This document shows, in pieces, positions 12,318 to 26,022 of a stretch of 64,000 nucleotides of DNA; position 1 is the first letter of the stretch, and each line of letters starts with the position of its first letter. A program made the position numbers and the translations under genes. The stretch spans positions 2,108,001 through 2,172,000 of the forward strand of contig CM075989.1 in assembly GCA_038087875.1 (NCBI GenBank), written 5' to 3'. This DNA is from Malacoraja senta (Eukaryota). Under the pieces are notes generated by a model. The model was given only the letters and a program-made list of their open reading frames with translations. It did not search any database and had not been told where the DNA came from.

Positions 12318-12860
12318 AAAAGCATTTTATCAGGATGCATCGCAGCTTGGTTTGGGAACAGCTCCATCCAAAGCCGCTGGAAATTGCAGAGAATTGTGGA
12401 CGCAGCCCAGACCATCACACAAACCAACCTCCCTTCTATTGACTCCATTTATATCTCACGCTGCCTCGGCAAGGCCAGCAGCATAATCAAGAATGAGTCG
12501 CACCCCGGCCACTCCCTCTTCTCCCCTCTCCCATCAGACAAATGTATATAAGAGTGAAAACGCACACCTCCAGATTCAGGGACAGTTTCTTCCCAGCTGT
12601 TATCAGGCAACTGAACCATCCTACCAACAACTAGAGAGTGGTCCTGAGCTACTATCTACCTCATTGGATACCCTCGGACTATCTTTGAACGGACCTTTCT
12701 GGACTTTACCTTAGACTAAACGATATTCACATTATTCCATTTATCATGTACACTGTGGATGGCTCAATTGTAGTCACGTATTGGCTTTCCGCTAACTTGT
12801 TAGTACGCAACAAAAGCTTTTCACTGTACCTCGGTACATAAACTAAACTCAAACTCAAAA
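12318..12860 (+). mobile_element. Rex1/Babar LINE 3' end
   Basis: SILSGCIAAWFGNSSIQSRWKLQRIVDAAQTITQTNLPSIDSIY..CLGKASSIIKNESHPGHSLFSPLPS; tail ttcactgtacctcggtaca...aaactc. Confidence 0.9.
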
Positions 12861-13059
12861 GTGGGGTAACATAGTGTGAATGGGTGATCGATGGTCGGCA
12901 GGACAGTGGGCTGAAGGGCCTGTTTCAATGCTGTATTTTTCCAAGAGGCAGGAGGGGCCCTGTGCGAAGGGCACTTATGGCAAAAAAAGTGGCAGGAAGC
13001 AGTGGGTGATGGAATGACCTGCACACTTGCATCAGTTCTTCACATCAAGGTCTTGTTTC

Positions 13060-13381
13060 GTTTAGTTTAGTTTAGTTTTGTTTAGAGATGCAGCTTAGAG
13101 ATAATAGGCCTTTCGCCCCACCGAGTCCACACCGACCAGCGATCTGCACACACTTACTCAATCTAACACACTTGGGACAATTTACAAATATACAAAGCCA
13201 ATTAACCTTCAAACCTGTACGACTTTGGAGTGCGGGTGAGAGCTGGAGCACCCGGAGAAAACCCAATGGTGAATTGGACAATGTACAAACTCCATACTGA
13301 CAGCACCCGTAGACAGGATCGAACGCGGATCTCGGGCGCTGTAAGGCAGCAACTCTACCGCTGCACCACTGTGCCGTCCCC
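13060..13381 (-). mobile_element. HE1/V-SINE
   Basis: Full reverse-complement copy. Confidence 0.88.
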
Positions 13382-13674
13382 TGGTCCGATCTTCTTGAAC
13401 TGAATTTGTTTCCAGGGTGGATGCAGAAATTGCACTTATCAAAGATAGGATGCTCAGTTTGCACGTTCAGTGTTGCTAAAAGCTGGTTCCTCATTCAATG
13501 ATCAACTTGTAGAAACTCTTCAGGTGAGCTGGCCTCCAGTAACTCTGCACGAGAATAAACAGTAATCTTGCAGAAATAAGTCCATCCCACGATTGTGGCA
13601 ACCCTTTTTCACTGCACCAAGCATTTCACATGACAATAAAGTTAACTTAACTCCTAGATCAGGTAAAAGTTTCA

Positions 13675-13875
13675 CACAAAAAGCTGGAGTAATTCAGCGG
13701 GTCAGACAGCATCTCTGGAAAAAGGAATAGGTGACCTTTCGGGCCGAGACCCATCTTTCAACCCGAAAGGTCACCTATTCCTTTTCTCCAGAGATGCTGT
13801 CTGACCTGCTGAGTTACTCCAGTTTTTTATGTCCATCTTCAGTTTAAACCAGCACCTGCAGTTCCTTCCTACACA
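13675..13875. mobile_element. Fold-back Penelope pseudo-LTR mini-element
   Basis: gctggagtaattcagcgggtcagacagcatctctgg... and its reverse complement ...ccagagatgctgtctgacctgctgagttactccag. Confidence 0.75.
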
Positions 13876-14439
13876 CAGAGGTTGGGAGGTCATGTTGCAG
13901 TTGTAGAAGATGTTGGTGAGGCCACATTTAGAGTATTGTGTGGAGTTTTGGGCACTGTGTTATTTCACCTGCATAATGCCACTGCTTGAGCCTTGTACAC
14001 AGAGGTTTATCGGCCTACATTCTAATATTCCTGCAGCACAAACAAGTGGGCTCACCGCTTTCATTGATTCATTAAGCATATTTGGGGCTCCTCAGATTTC
14101 AGGTCTAATTTTCTAGACACAGTATACAACCTGCTTCATTAGTGCTAAACGGCTAGTGCATTTTTTTCGAGACTCAGAAGGCTAGTGCATTGTCAGCGAG
14201 GATCCATTTATTGACATTATCGACTCACATTGACTTCATTAGGTTGGAGCCAGACCAATGTCAATCTTGAGCAGAAAAGAAAACAAAGAGCTGGTGGAAC
14301 TCAACAGGTCAGGCAGCATCTGTGGAGGGAATGCATTGATGACGTTTTGGGTCAGGACCCTTCTTCAAACTGATGAATTGGGGAAAGGAAGCTGGAAATG
14401 AGATGTGGTGGTGGGACGAAGCTTTGCGAGTGATATTAT

Positions 14440-14850
14440 AGGAGCAGAATCAGGCCATTGAGCCCATCTACTGTGTCATTCAGTCATGGCTGATCTATCT
14501 TTCCCTCCAAACCCCATTCTCCTGCCTTCTCTGCATAACCCCTGACGCCCGTACTAATCAAGAATCTGTCAATCTCAATCTTAAAAATACCCAATGGCTT
14601 GGCCTCAGCCATCTGTGGCAATGAATTCCACAGATTCACCACCTCTCTGACTGAAGAAACTCCACCTCATATTTCTACAGGTAAGTTATTTTATTCTGAG
14701 GCTGAGCCCTCTGGTGCTAGACTCCCCCACTAGAGGAAACATCCTCCCCACATTCACTCTATCCAGGCCATTCACTATTTGGTAAGTTTCAATGAGGTCT
14801 CCCCTCATCCTTCTAAACTCCCGAGAGTACAAGCCCAGTGCCGTCAAACA
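14440..14850 (-). mobile_element. CR1 3' fragment
   Basis: LGLYSREFRRMRGDLIETYQIVNGLDRVNVGRMFPLVGES. Confidence 0.88.
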
Positions 14851-16074
14851 CTGATAGGCAGTGATTGGCAAATGGGTATAGTTAGTCACAAAGGCTCGAG
14901 GTGTAAAGGGAAAAAAAGAGTATCAGATAAGGAGAGGAGTGGAACTTAAAGTGAGAAGGTATATGGATATCAGAGGAGAGGGAGGAGGGAAAAGAAGGGG
15001 GAATATCCCTTCTCCATCAATCAGAAGAAAAGTCCTGACCCGAAATGTCAGCAAACCATATTCCCCAGAGATGTGGTGGAAGGAACTGCAGATGCTGGTT
15101 TACGCCGATGATAAAATGTTGGAGTAATTGAGCGTGCCAGGCAGCATCTTTGGAGAAAAGGTACAGGTGACCTTTCGGGTCATGACCCTTCTTCAGACTC
15201 CAGAGATGCTGCCTGACCCGTTGAGTTACTCCAGCACTTTTTCTCCTCAAACGTAAAACTAATTGCATGCATTAGGCGGCACAACGAGCGAATGACAACA
15301 CGCTGACTCCAGGTTAAACCAGCGAACAAAACCAGTGATTGAGCATGTACTTCACAACAGATAGATATGAGACTAACAAATGCTCCCTAGTGCATCAGTC
15401 TGAAAAAAAACAGAGAGGAATGCTTCTGAACAAACAATCCCATTGTTTAACCCCTTGCTGCGTCATACATCACCTCACTCTCTTCCAAATTAAGTAGCTC
15501 CTTCTTGGCAGATTATTCATGCTAACAGGTTTGTAGATTAATATCTCTCTCACAAAGATCAACACTTGTCACTGACAGGTATTTTTCAAGGTCGTGTGTG
15601 TGTGTGTGTGTGGCTGCATCATGTTTAATGGGACGAAACCGCCTTCAAATTAATGGTCAAAAATGACATTAGGGCCAGCTGGGGATTTGATTTTGCAACT
15701 GAATGGAAGACATTTGTCACAAAGCTGTGAGTTTGTGGGTGGAATAGAAGTGAGCTGTGGATGTCAAATCGGAAGTTTATTACAAGATAGGGAATAAAGG
15801 AAAGACCTGCCCCAGGCACCACTTACATTCATTCATTCCACCAGTTTAGATTGTGAAAGCCAATTAATAACCATGGAAGCCTTCAGAGAAGAGGCAACAG
15901 AATGAGTTGGGGATTTAGGGCCTTTGGGTTATGCAGGACCATAGCAGCAGAAATGCATTCATTGCAAAGTAAAAATTAAGCAGAGAACATGAATTTGAGT
16001 ATCGGGTTTCACTGTACCTTAATTGGTACACGTGACAATAAGCAGACCTTTGAAACACTTTGAAACCTTTGCAA

Positions 16075-16261
16075 GGTAGACAAAATTGCTGGAGAAACTC
16101 AGCGGGTGCGGCAGCATCTGTGGAGCGAAGGAAATAGGCAACGTTTCGGGCCGAAACGGCGCCTATTTCCTTCGCTCCATAGATGCTGCCGCACCCGCTG
16201 AGTTTCTCCAGCAATTTTGTCTACCTTCGATTCTCCAGCATCTGCAGTTCCTTCTTGAACC
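16075..16261. mobile_element. Fold-back Penelope pLTR mini-element with a 15-bp TSD
   Basis: Near-perfect inverted repeat centred on gtttcgggccgaaac. TTGAAACCTTTGCAA at 16060-16074 and 16262-16276. Confidence 0.8.
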
Positions 16262-16559
16262 TTGAAACCTTTGCAATATGTCTCTCAAATGCTGTGGGGC
16301 GGGTGGGAGAGGAAACGTAAGCAACTCGCGTAACCACAACTGAACACGAGTAAAGGAATAGCAGATTAAACAGAATGGAAGACAAAGGCAGATCGAAGGA
16401 ATTGTTCTTTTTATCCCCAAATGGAACAAGTCACTGATTAACTGGTCAGTTGAGACTGTAATGATCTTAACGAGCGGACCAGGTAAGAATCTCATGTTCC
16501 ATTGGTGATAAAGGTTTCACTGTCACTGGGGCGACCAGCTGGTGGAGGTGGTGTATAGA

Positions 16560-17172
<613 letters not shown>

Positions 17173-17183
17173 GTCCGTTTGTG

Positions 17184-17437
17184 TCAAGTCAAGTTTTATT
17201 CGTCACTTGCACATAAAGGCAGTGAAATGAATTTGCCAGCAGCGATACAATAAAAAAAGAACACCCAATACACAATCAAAATGTAACACAAACATGCAGC
17301 ACAGCATTCATCACTGTGGTGGAAGGCACAAAATTCAGACAGTCCTCCTCCATTTTCCCCCGTGGTCGGGACCACAACCCTCCGCAGTTCCCACTGCGGG
17401 CGTCCAGATGTGCAGACAAGGTAAGTTCAGGTAAGTC
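17184..17437 (-). mobile_element. 3' part of a non-autonomous retroposon related to the 10146 and 18740 elements
   Basis: Reverse complement has gccttccaccacagtga...tttcactgcctttatgtgcaagtgacgaataaaacttgacttg. Confidence 0.55.
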
Positions 17438-18481
17438 CTATATGTGTTTGTGTGTGTAGAGTATGTGTGTGTGTGTACGTTTGTCTATGTGTAGAATGTG
17501 TATGTGTGTATGTAGGGTGTGTGTGTGTGTGTACGATTGTCTATGTGTAGAATGTGTATGTGTGTATGTAGGGTGTGTGCTGATCAAGTAATGATAGCCA
17601 ATGGTCTCAGAGCTGGGGATGGGTGTGAGGATAGACTGAGGCACCTGCATGGGTCAGGGTGAGGGGTGGGTGTGGGGACAAGATGCAGAGAGGTGTGGAT
17701 AGTGGTGAGGGGGTTGTAGGTACAGCTGAGGCTGAGTATAGATGTAGAATAAGGGCTGGGTGTGGGTACAGAAAGGGGAGGGCTTTGGCATAGACTGAGG
17801 AATGTCTCTGTATAGATTGAGGGAGGGGAAGTCACAGAGTCACACAGCACTGAAACAGGCCCATCAGCCCAACTTGTCCATGCCGACCAAGATGATCCAT
17901 CTACGCCAGCCCCATTTGCCGACGTATAGGCCCTCTAAAACCTTTCCCATCCATAAATGAAGTGTATAAACACTAACTGAAGCAGTGCATGGTTTGAGAC
18001 TGCAGGCTGACTGTATAGAGTGAGGGGGGGCTGTGGGGATAGAATGAGAGATGAGCTGAATCTACGGACTGAATGGTCGATGTTCATGGATGTAAACTGA
18101 GGAACTCAAGGTGTAGAGTTACAGATTTAACACACGCTATTTTGTAAATGTACAAACTTGCCAAGATTCAGTCATTGTGTGAAATAAAGTGCTCAGATCA
18201 CTCCCCTGCTCTCTCATCTAACCTGATCATTAGAATGATATAACATTTCTTTGTGAATATTACAATGGCAAGTCACAGACAAAGGGTATTGCAGGCAAAG
18301 AATTATTCAAACTCTGGGTTAAAGGCATGAAATAATTCACAGGACAATGGGGAAAGAATGGGGAATCTGGAGCAAAATATATTCAGTGTTGGAAAAACTC
18401 AATGGGTCAGGCAGCATCTGTGGAGGGAATGGAAGGTGATGTTTTGTGTCAGGGCACTCTCAGACCCTTCAACGAGACTTG

Positions 18482-18738
18482 TATAGGAAGGAACTGCAGA
18501 TGCTGGTTTAAACAGAAGACAGACACAAAAAGCTGGAGTAATTCAGCGGGTCAGGCAGCATCTCTGGAGAAAAGAAATAGGTGATGTTTCGTCAAGACCC
18601 ATCTTCAGTCTAAAAGTCAGGGGGAAGGCCCTGATTCCCTGACTCTCAGTCTGAAGAAGGGTCTCGACCCGAAACATCACCTATTCTCCACAGATGCTGC
18701 CTGACCCGTTGAGTTACTCCAGCTTGTTGTGTCTACCT
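18482..18738. mobile_element. Fold-back Penelope pLTR element with hammerhead-like core at 18651-18678
   Basis: ggaaggaactgcagatgctgg...cttcagtc and ctgaagaagggtctcgacccgaaacatcacc...gagttactccag. Confidence 0.8.
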
Positions 18739-18739
18739 T

Positions 18740-19525
18740 TCGTTTGAGTTTTGTATAGTTTTTTAAAACTGGGTATGTGTGGGGGGGCGGGGGGAGGGGG
18801 GTGGAGGTGGGGAAACGTTTAAAATCTTTTCCCTGCACGGGAGACCCGACCTTTCTCTGTCGGGTCTCCGTTGTCGTTGGGGCCTAGCACCGTGGAGCGG
18901 CCTCCAACCGGAACGACCTGGGGCTCCAGTCGCGGAGCCTGCGGACTACTCACCATCGTGGAGCTGGCCGAGTTCGGAGCGGGAGGAGCTGTGGTGGCGC
19001 GCGGCTGCCACCCGACCCCGGAGATTCGGAGGCTTCAGCCGCAGGTCTGGTGGATGGTAACATCGGGAGCTCGCGGGTCCATGGTGGGAGACCGCTTTTC
19101 GGGGCTCCCGCAACGGCAGCTACTCCCGCCCGAGTTGCGGGGTTGAGGATGACCTGGAACGGGGTCTGGCATTGCCCGGCGCGGCATTGGTGGCCGTGGG
19201 ACTTGCTGGCGCTACCGGGGGCTACAACATCAAGACCTGGAGCGTGGCCTTGCATCGCCCGGCGCGGCTTTAATGGCCGCAAGACATATCTACAATCGCC
19301 CGCCGGGGGCTTTGACTTTGACATCGGGAGGAGAATGGGGAGTGCGGGGGAGAGATAAGACTTTGCCTTCCATCACAGTGAGGAGGAGATTCACTGTGAT
19401 GGATGTTTGTGTAAATTGTGTTGTGTCTTGGTTCTTTTTACTTGTTTGTATGACTGCAGAAACAGAATTTCGTTTGAACTTAGGTTCAAATGACAACAAA
19501 TAAATATCTATATCTATATCTATGA
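18740..19525 (+). mobile_element. GC-rich non-autonomous retroposon with Rex1-like 3' end (copy 2, 5' truncated)
   Basis: Homologous to 10146-11020, with the same hairpin at 19369-19403; tail (TATATC)n. Confidence 0.75.
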
Positions 19526-19609
19526 GATTAACTGATTAGCTCTACCACTGAGGTGTCACAAGGACAAAGAATGTTACTCACAATAGTCCAGAGATTGTCT
19601 CTTGCTGTG

Positions 19610-20045
19610 GTTGAGTAGGCTGGGTCTAGGTTGAGTAGGCTGGGTCTCTATTCCATGGAGCAGAGGAGGATGAGGGGAGATCTTATAGAGGTATACAAAA
19701 CCATGAGAGGAATAGATCGGGTAGATGCACAGTCATTTACCCAGAGTAGGGGAATCGAGGACCAGAGGACATAGGTTCAAGGTTAAAGGGGAAATAATTA
19801 ATAGGAATCCGAGGGATAACTTTTTCACACAGTGTGGTGGGTGTATGAAGCAAGCTGCTAGAGGAGGTAGTTGAGGCTGGGACTGTCCCATTGTTTAAGA
19901 AACAGTTAGACAGGTACATGGATAGGACAGGCTTGGAGGGATATGGACCAAACGCAGGCTAGTGGGACTAGGGTAGATGGGACATTGTTGGCCAGTTTGG
20001 GCGAGTTGGGCTGAAGGGCCTGTTTGCACACTGTATTACTCTATG
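19610..20045 (+). mobile_element. CR1 3' fragment
   Basis: aggttgagtaggctgggtctctattcc...gggctgaagggcctgttt. Confidence 0.85.
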
Positions 20046-20564
20046 GTAATGCCATCTGTTATTGTGGGTCCCTGAGATCAATGATAGACACATGTGCTGG
20101 AGTAACTCACCAGGTCAGGTAGCATCTTTGGTGGAAAAGGATGGGTGACATTTCAGGCCAGGACCCTTCTTCAGACTGAAAGTAGTGGATGGTGGGGGAG
20201 GGGGGAAGAGGAGGATTGATGAAGAGCTGGAGGTGAGTGAAGACCAAGACCAGTCAGGGTCGGCCACAATAGACCTCAGGCAGGGTGGTGCCTGGACGGC
20301 CCAATGTTGGCCCGGGAAGGTGTGATCTCAAGAGAAACAATGTGGAGAACTGGAACTGTTAACCTGACTAGGGTGGAGGAAGATGGCAAGGAGGGTGGGG
20401 GGAGGAAGGAGCGTAGGTTGAAGTTACTTAAAACATGAGAATTCATTGTTAATACTGCTGGGCTGTAAGACTAAAGCTTGTTCAATACTCAGGTCAGTAG
20501 CTACCTCAGTGTAAGTAAACAGTAAAGGCTTTATTGCCAAGCTAAATTAATCACTCGCTCCTCT

Positions 20565-20855
20565 CGGCACGGCAACGCAGCGGTTGTTGCTGCCTTACAG
20601 TGCCTGGGACCCAGGTTTGATCCTGACTACGTGTGCTGTCTGTACGTAGTTCCTACATTCTCCCCGTGACCTGCGTGGGTTTCTCCGGGATCTCCAGTTT
20701 CCTCCCACACTCCAAAGACGTACAGGTTTGTAGATTAATTGACTTAGTATAATGGTGTAGAATAGTGTTAGTGTGTGGGGATCGCTGGTCGGCGCGGACT
20801 TGGTGGGCCGAATGGCCTGTTTCCGCGCTGTATCTCTAAACTAAACTAAACTAAA
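20565..20855 (+). mobile_element. HE1/V-SINE
   Basis: Head, V-domain and (CTAAA)n tail. Confidence 0.88.
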
Positions 20856-21849
20856 TTCTCCTCGGGGGTATCTTGAACAATCATCAGACCTGTGTTGAAC
20901 TTGCTCCACAAGTCATCAGTCCAAGCAGACATTTGGTGCCTGGCGCACTCGGGGACCGTGATGTGAGCTTCTTACACACAGGCCAGTCGGCCATCTTCAT
21001 TATCAGCAAGGATCTGAAGCACGGCAGTCGCATTGTATGTCCTAGAGCATGGTCAAGTTAAAAACAAAGACATGCCGGCGTGTTAATCACCATAAAGGTT
21101 ATCCTGGTTTTCACACTGTGATTCCCATTCCCAGAATGGAATGATAAAATACGAGAGGGGACGGCTTTAAGGTGAGAGGAGCAATGTTTAAAGGAGATGT
21201 GCAGAGCAAGTTTTGGTAAAGGCCTGCAACATGCTGCCACGGAAGGTGGTTGAAGCAGATACGTTAGAGGCATTTTAAATAGTTTTGGATAGGAATATGC
21301 TCTGCGGGTAATGGGTTATTTGCAGGTAGCTGGGTGATGGTCCTGGCATCATGCTTGGCACAGACATTGTGGGCAGAAGGGCCTGTTCTTGTGCTGTACT
21401 GTTCTATGTTCTCTGCAAAGCTCCGGAGCGATATGAGCCTAATGCTGGCAAATAAGATCAGCATAGATAGGCATCATGGTCAGCATGGACAAGGTGGGCT
21501 GAAAGGACCCAATGGACAATAGACAATAGGTGCAAGAGTAGGCCATTCGGCCCTTCAAGCCAGCACCCATGCACCGTCATCATGGCTGATCCTCCACATT
21601 CAGCCATTTTCTGTGCTATACATTTCTATGATTCTATATAACATCTTTGGTTTAGCAAAGCATCTTATTACCTTAACTATAGCCTAGTTGATATTGATAT
21701 TGATATTGAACCTTGGAGACACGATGAAATGCAGTTTAAAGAAGGGTCCCGACTTGAAACACCACTTGTCTGTTCCCTCCATAGATATTGAACCTTATCA
21801 AACTTAGCTATACTTGCAGAAGTGATCTAACATTTGGTCAAAAGGACAG

Positions 21850-22300
21850 TCTTTAAGAATATCTGAACGTGAGAGAGAGAAAGTTAGGAGGCAATCCCAA
21901 GGCAGATCATTGCACCATTGCCAAAGTGGAGTTATTAACAAGGTTATTCATGAAGGGCCAGAATTGAACAACTGAGATCTCAAGAGTGGTTGAGGAATGG
22001 ATGGATTTGCAGAAATAGGGAGAAGTATAATTGCAATCATAATTGAGCATCAGATTGAACATTCTGAAATAGCTATTTTGCTGGAATTGAAGCCAGTTTC
22101 GGTCAAGAAAGAAGGTTGAACAGGACATGGTGCAGGTTGGGACATGAACAACAGAATTTTAAATAAGCTGAAGTTTATGGAGGTTGGAAGTGATGAGCTT
22201 GGCCAGGAAAACAATGGAATAATGGTCTGTGGGTAATATAGACACAGATTAGATGGAAGTTGTACACTCCCAAATGCTCCGAGCCGTTGATGAGCCATCA
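21850..22300 (-). mobile_element. Old L2 LINE remnant
   Basis: Degenerate ggccagaattg...gagatctc...cagaaatagggag...agaattttaaa pattern typical of the L2 ORF2 3' region read antisense. Confidence 0.5.
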
Positions 22301-22997
22301 GGTCCATTGCCTGTGGAAATGATCTATGAGACACAGTGAGTTTGTTTACATTGTGAATAACAGATGGCTGGGAGTTTGTTCATGGCTGTAGCTTGCTGGA
22401 GGGGTCCCCACATCGTTAGCGAGATAGCTCCACACACAGAACTAGCTCTTGCCTTGCTTTTACACCCATCCGCATGCAGCCTGCTGCCGCTTGCTTGACC
22501 TTCGCCCATTTGATCTCTCATTTTCACACCTTACCCTTCCATATCTCTAATTTCTCCCTCCCCTGACTCTCAGTCTGAAGAAGGCTCTCGACCCGAAACG
22601 TCACCCATTTCTTCTATCCAGGGATGCTGCCTGTCCCACTGAGTTACTTTCGCATTTTGTATCATCTTCAGACCAAGTTGACCTCATCCAAGCTGTTCCC
22701 ATTTGCCTGCATGTGGTCCATATCCTAAACTTCTTCTATCCATGCAGATGTCCAAATGTCTTACATGTTTTTCTAGTAGCTGTTTCAACTGCTTTCATCT
22801 GACAGCTCGTTCCATATACCTACCTTCTCGGGTTTCTATTAAGCCTGCCCCCTCTCTCCTTAACCCGCTGCCCTCTAATTCTTAATTCTTGATTATCCTC
22901 TCCCCAGGAAAAAGGCGATGTGCATTCACCCAATCTATTCCCCTCATGATTTTATCCAGGATGCGTAAATGTTATTCCTGGAAATTTGATCACCTAA

Positions 22998-23844
22998 AGG
23001 GCCTGTCCCACTTAGGTGACTTTTTAGGCGAGTGCAGGAGACGCTGCGCTGGCCTCACGATCTCCACATGGTCGCCACATGTTCGTTGGTGGTCTCTGGT
23101 GAGTCATAGGTGCAGTTGTAGTGGGGTCGCCATGTAGTTATAGGTAGTCGAGGTAGTCGTAGGTAGTTTTAGTTAATCGCCTTTGCTGACCGGGCAATTT
23201 CATTGACTCATTGGGGGAAAAAAATGTAAGCAGGAGTTTTCAGAGGCAAGGATAACCGACCGGTAATGTTAAATGCCCACCGAACTTCACAGCTGTGTAT
23301 CTCTTGCTTATTAAAAGTTGTCTGGCTTCGTAAAAGTATCTCCACTCCTTCTCCCTCCTTCTTCCCCCCCTTCTCCCCCCTTCTCCCCTCCCCCCCTCCC
23401 CCCTCTTTTAAAGGACTTAAAGCCCTGTCCCACTGTACGAGTTCATTCAAGAGTTCTCCCAGAGTTTGCCCTGATTCAAACTCTGAGATTTACGGTAATG
23501 GCTCTCGTGGACATTTTTCAACATGTTGAAAAATCTTCACAAGTCTTCCCGAGCTTACCTGCCGTTAGCGAGTCTTCCCGAGTACCTGCCATTAGCGTTA
23601 CGAGCCGTTAAGAGACGTCCCCGAGCTCCGACGTACCCGCTACGTTCATTCTACGTGCTTACCACGAGTTTGATTTTTTCGGGAGAGCACTTGAATGAAC
23701 TCGTACAGTTGGACAGGGCCATTACCGTACACTGTGCTAGCCGTCTTAACCTTCCTGTTCATCGCGGTGTGTGTCTGTATCACCTTGGATTTGCACTGTG
23801 TGAACTTCAGACAGCGCTCCCCCTGCTCCCCGCCTTTGCGGTGT

Positions 23845-23875
<31 letters not shown>

Positions 23876-24021
23876 CGTGCGCGTGCGTGCGTGCGTGCGT
23901 GTGTGTGTGTGTGTGTTCTACTCTGATAGTCGCCGTTCCAGTTCCGTTTTTTCAGTCGAGTGCCGCAAACTCGACAGTTGCCGACAGGCCGCTGGAAAAT
24001 CGTCTAAGTGGGACAGGCCCT
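22998..24021. mobile_element. Larger PIF/Harbinger-type non-autonomous element with a nested MITE and a (TG)n tract
   Basis: TIRs AGGGCCTGTCCCACTTAG / CTAAGTGGGACAGGCCCT; TAA TSD at 22995-22997 and 24022-24024. Confidence 0.85.
23420..23721. mobile_element. PIF/Harbinger-type MITE (family A), nested
   Basis: Homologous to 3646-3935; TTA TSD at 23417-23419 and 23722-23724. Confidence 0.85.
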
Positions 24022-24196
24022 TAATGCTGCAGGTTTTTCAGTATTGTGCAAATGAAAATTCAAATGTTCTCAGAGTGAAATGCACTAATTGTGCCATTCT
24101 GGAACTTCATCTTTACTTTCCCAGACTGCCAATCCTGGAGCAATTTCTGCTTAAGTCTTGCACAGGGTGATACCAATAATTTATGCCTCAAGCAAT

Positions 24197-24504
24197 TAGT
24201 TTAGTTTAGTTTAGTTATCCACAGCATGGAAACAGGCCCTTCGGCCTACCGAGACTGCACACCGACCAGCGATACACTCGCACTACCTTACACACTGGGG
24301 ACAATTTACAATGAAGCCAATTAGCCCACAAATAACCTATACGTCTTTGGAGTGTGCGAGGAAACTGGAGCACTCAGAATAAACCTACGCAGGTCACGCG
24401 GAGAACGTACAAACTCCATACAGACAGCACCCGTAATCAGGATTGAACCTGGGTCTCCGGTGCTGTGAGGCAGCAACTCTACCGCTGCGCCACTGTGCCG
24501 CCCC
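24197..24504 (-). mobile_element. HE1/V-SINE
   Basis: Full reverse-complement copy. Confidence 0.9.
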
Positions 24505-25620
24505 GTTGCTGGTGGAATTAGAGTACATTGTCCCAGATGTGAGCACTGTTGGAGATACTTGGGACAACTTGATCTTCTTAGATCTTCGATTGTGTGACCA
24601 CTGGGTATGTTTTGTACTTACCGTTGATATTTCTGCCTCAGCCCCCATTTCACCGACATCTCACACCCTGACCACAAACATCGATCTCATTCTCAAACCC
24701 TCTGAAACCCGGGCCCTGACCTCAACATGTCTCACCTCCGCTGTCACTGTCCACCCTCTTGACAGAGAAAAAAGGACTTTAGTCAAATCAAGCCTAATTT
24801 GAGGAAGGACATCCTTGTGATTGAGGCAGTGCAGCGTAGGTTCACGAGATTGATCCCTGGGATGGCGGGACTGTCGAAGGGCCGAATGGCCTCCTCCTGC
24901 ACCTATTTTCTATGCTCCTATGTTTCTACGTAAGTCAAGAGAGTTTATTGTCATGTGTCCCAGATAGGACAATGAAATTCGTGCTTGCTGGAGTAACTCA
25001 ACGGGCCAGGCAGCATCTCTGGAAAAATGGGTAGGTGACGTTTCGGTTCGGGACCCTTCTTCAGAACCCATCTCCTCCCCAGCAATCTGCCTGATCGTCA
25101 TTCCCTGGCCTGGGTTTTGCTTGCTAATTCCCTAATCATATCTCATCATTCAGAATTCTATCATTCTGATCTATTTGACCTTGATCCTTGGGCTCATGCC
25201 CCCATTACACTAACTGCAGAAAGATAACTTAGTCTCGTGTAATTTATTGAGTCGGGTGATCTTCGGATTGAGATACGAATCACAGCACGATGGCTCCCAT
25301 GTGTGATCATTGTATCACTTCCAAAATGGCCGTGATTTAGCTGGTTAACTGAGACTGCTGCTCCTCTCTGAATGAATCCATCATGTCTCTGGGCAGCGAT
25401 TATCACAAAGGTGTGCAGGCAATGCAGCTGCAGCCTGTCACTGTCAGCAAAGCCAGGGTTTAGTCGACAGGGGAATGTCGTCAGCACCCTGTCCATTGGG
25501 GAAAGGCCCTGTTATTTTAAATCACTCTTTGGAACTGTTAACAGGGACACCAAATGCAACAAGTAACTTTTGTTTTTAACTGCGAACGGTAAAAATCTGA
25601 AATAAAAACAGAAAATGTCA

Positions 25621-25932
25621 AGGGCAGCACAGCTGGTAGAGCCACTGCTTCACACCGCCCGAGACACGGGTTCGATCTGTCTGTATGGAGTTTTTTACCT
25701 TCTCCCTGTGACCGCGTGGGTTTCCTCTGGGTGTTCCAGATTCCTCGCACATCCCAAAGACGTGTGGGTTTGTAGATTAACTGGCCTCTGTCAATTGCCC
25801 CTAGTGTGGAGGGAGTGGATGAGAAAGTGGGATCACATAGAACTAGTGTGAACACATGATCAATAGTCGGTGTGGATTCGGTGGGCTGAAGGGCCTGTTT
25901 CTGCGCTGTGTCTATGAACCAAACAAAACTAG
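25621..25932 (+). mobile_element. HE1/V-SINE
   Basis: Head, V-domain and CR1-like tail. Confidence 0.85.
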
Positions 25933-26022
25933 TCCACAGATCTGGCAGCATCTGCGAAGTGAGAGTTGAATGGATGTTTCAAATCAATGACTTTTAATTG
26001 GAAATGGAAATATGGGGAAAGT

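Noticed and set aside
23523..24170. 215-aa ORF as a transposase or host exon
   Set aside because: It runs through a MITE, a TG tract and a TIR, with no DDE or Myb motifs.
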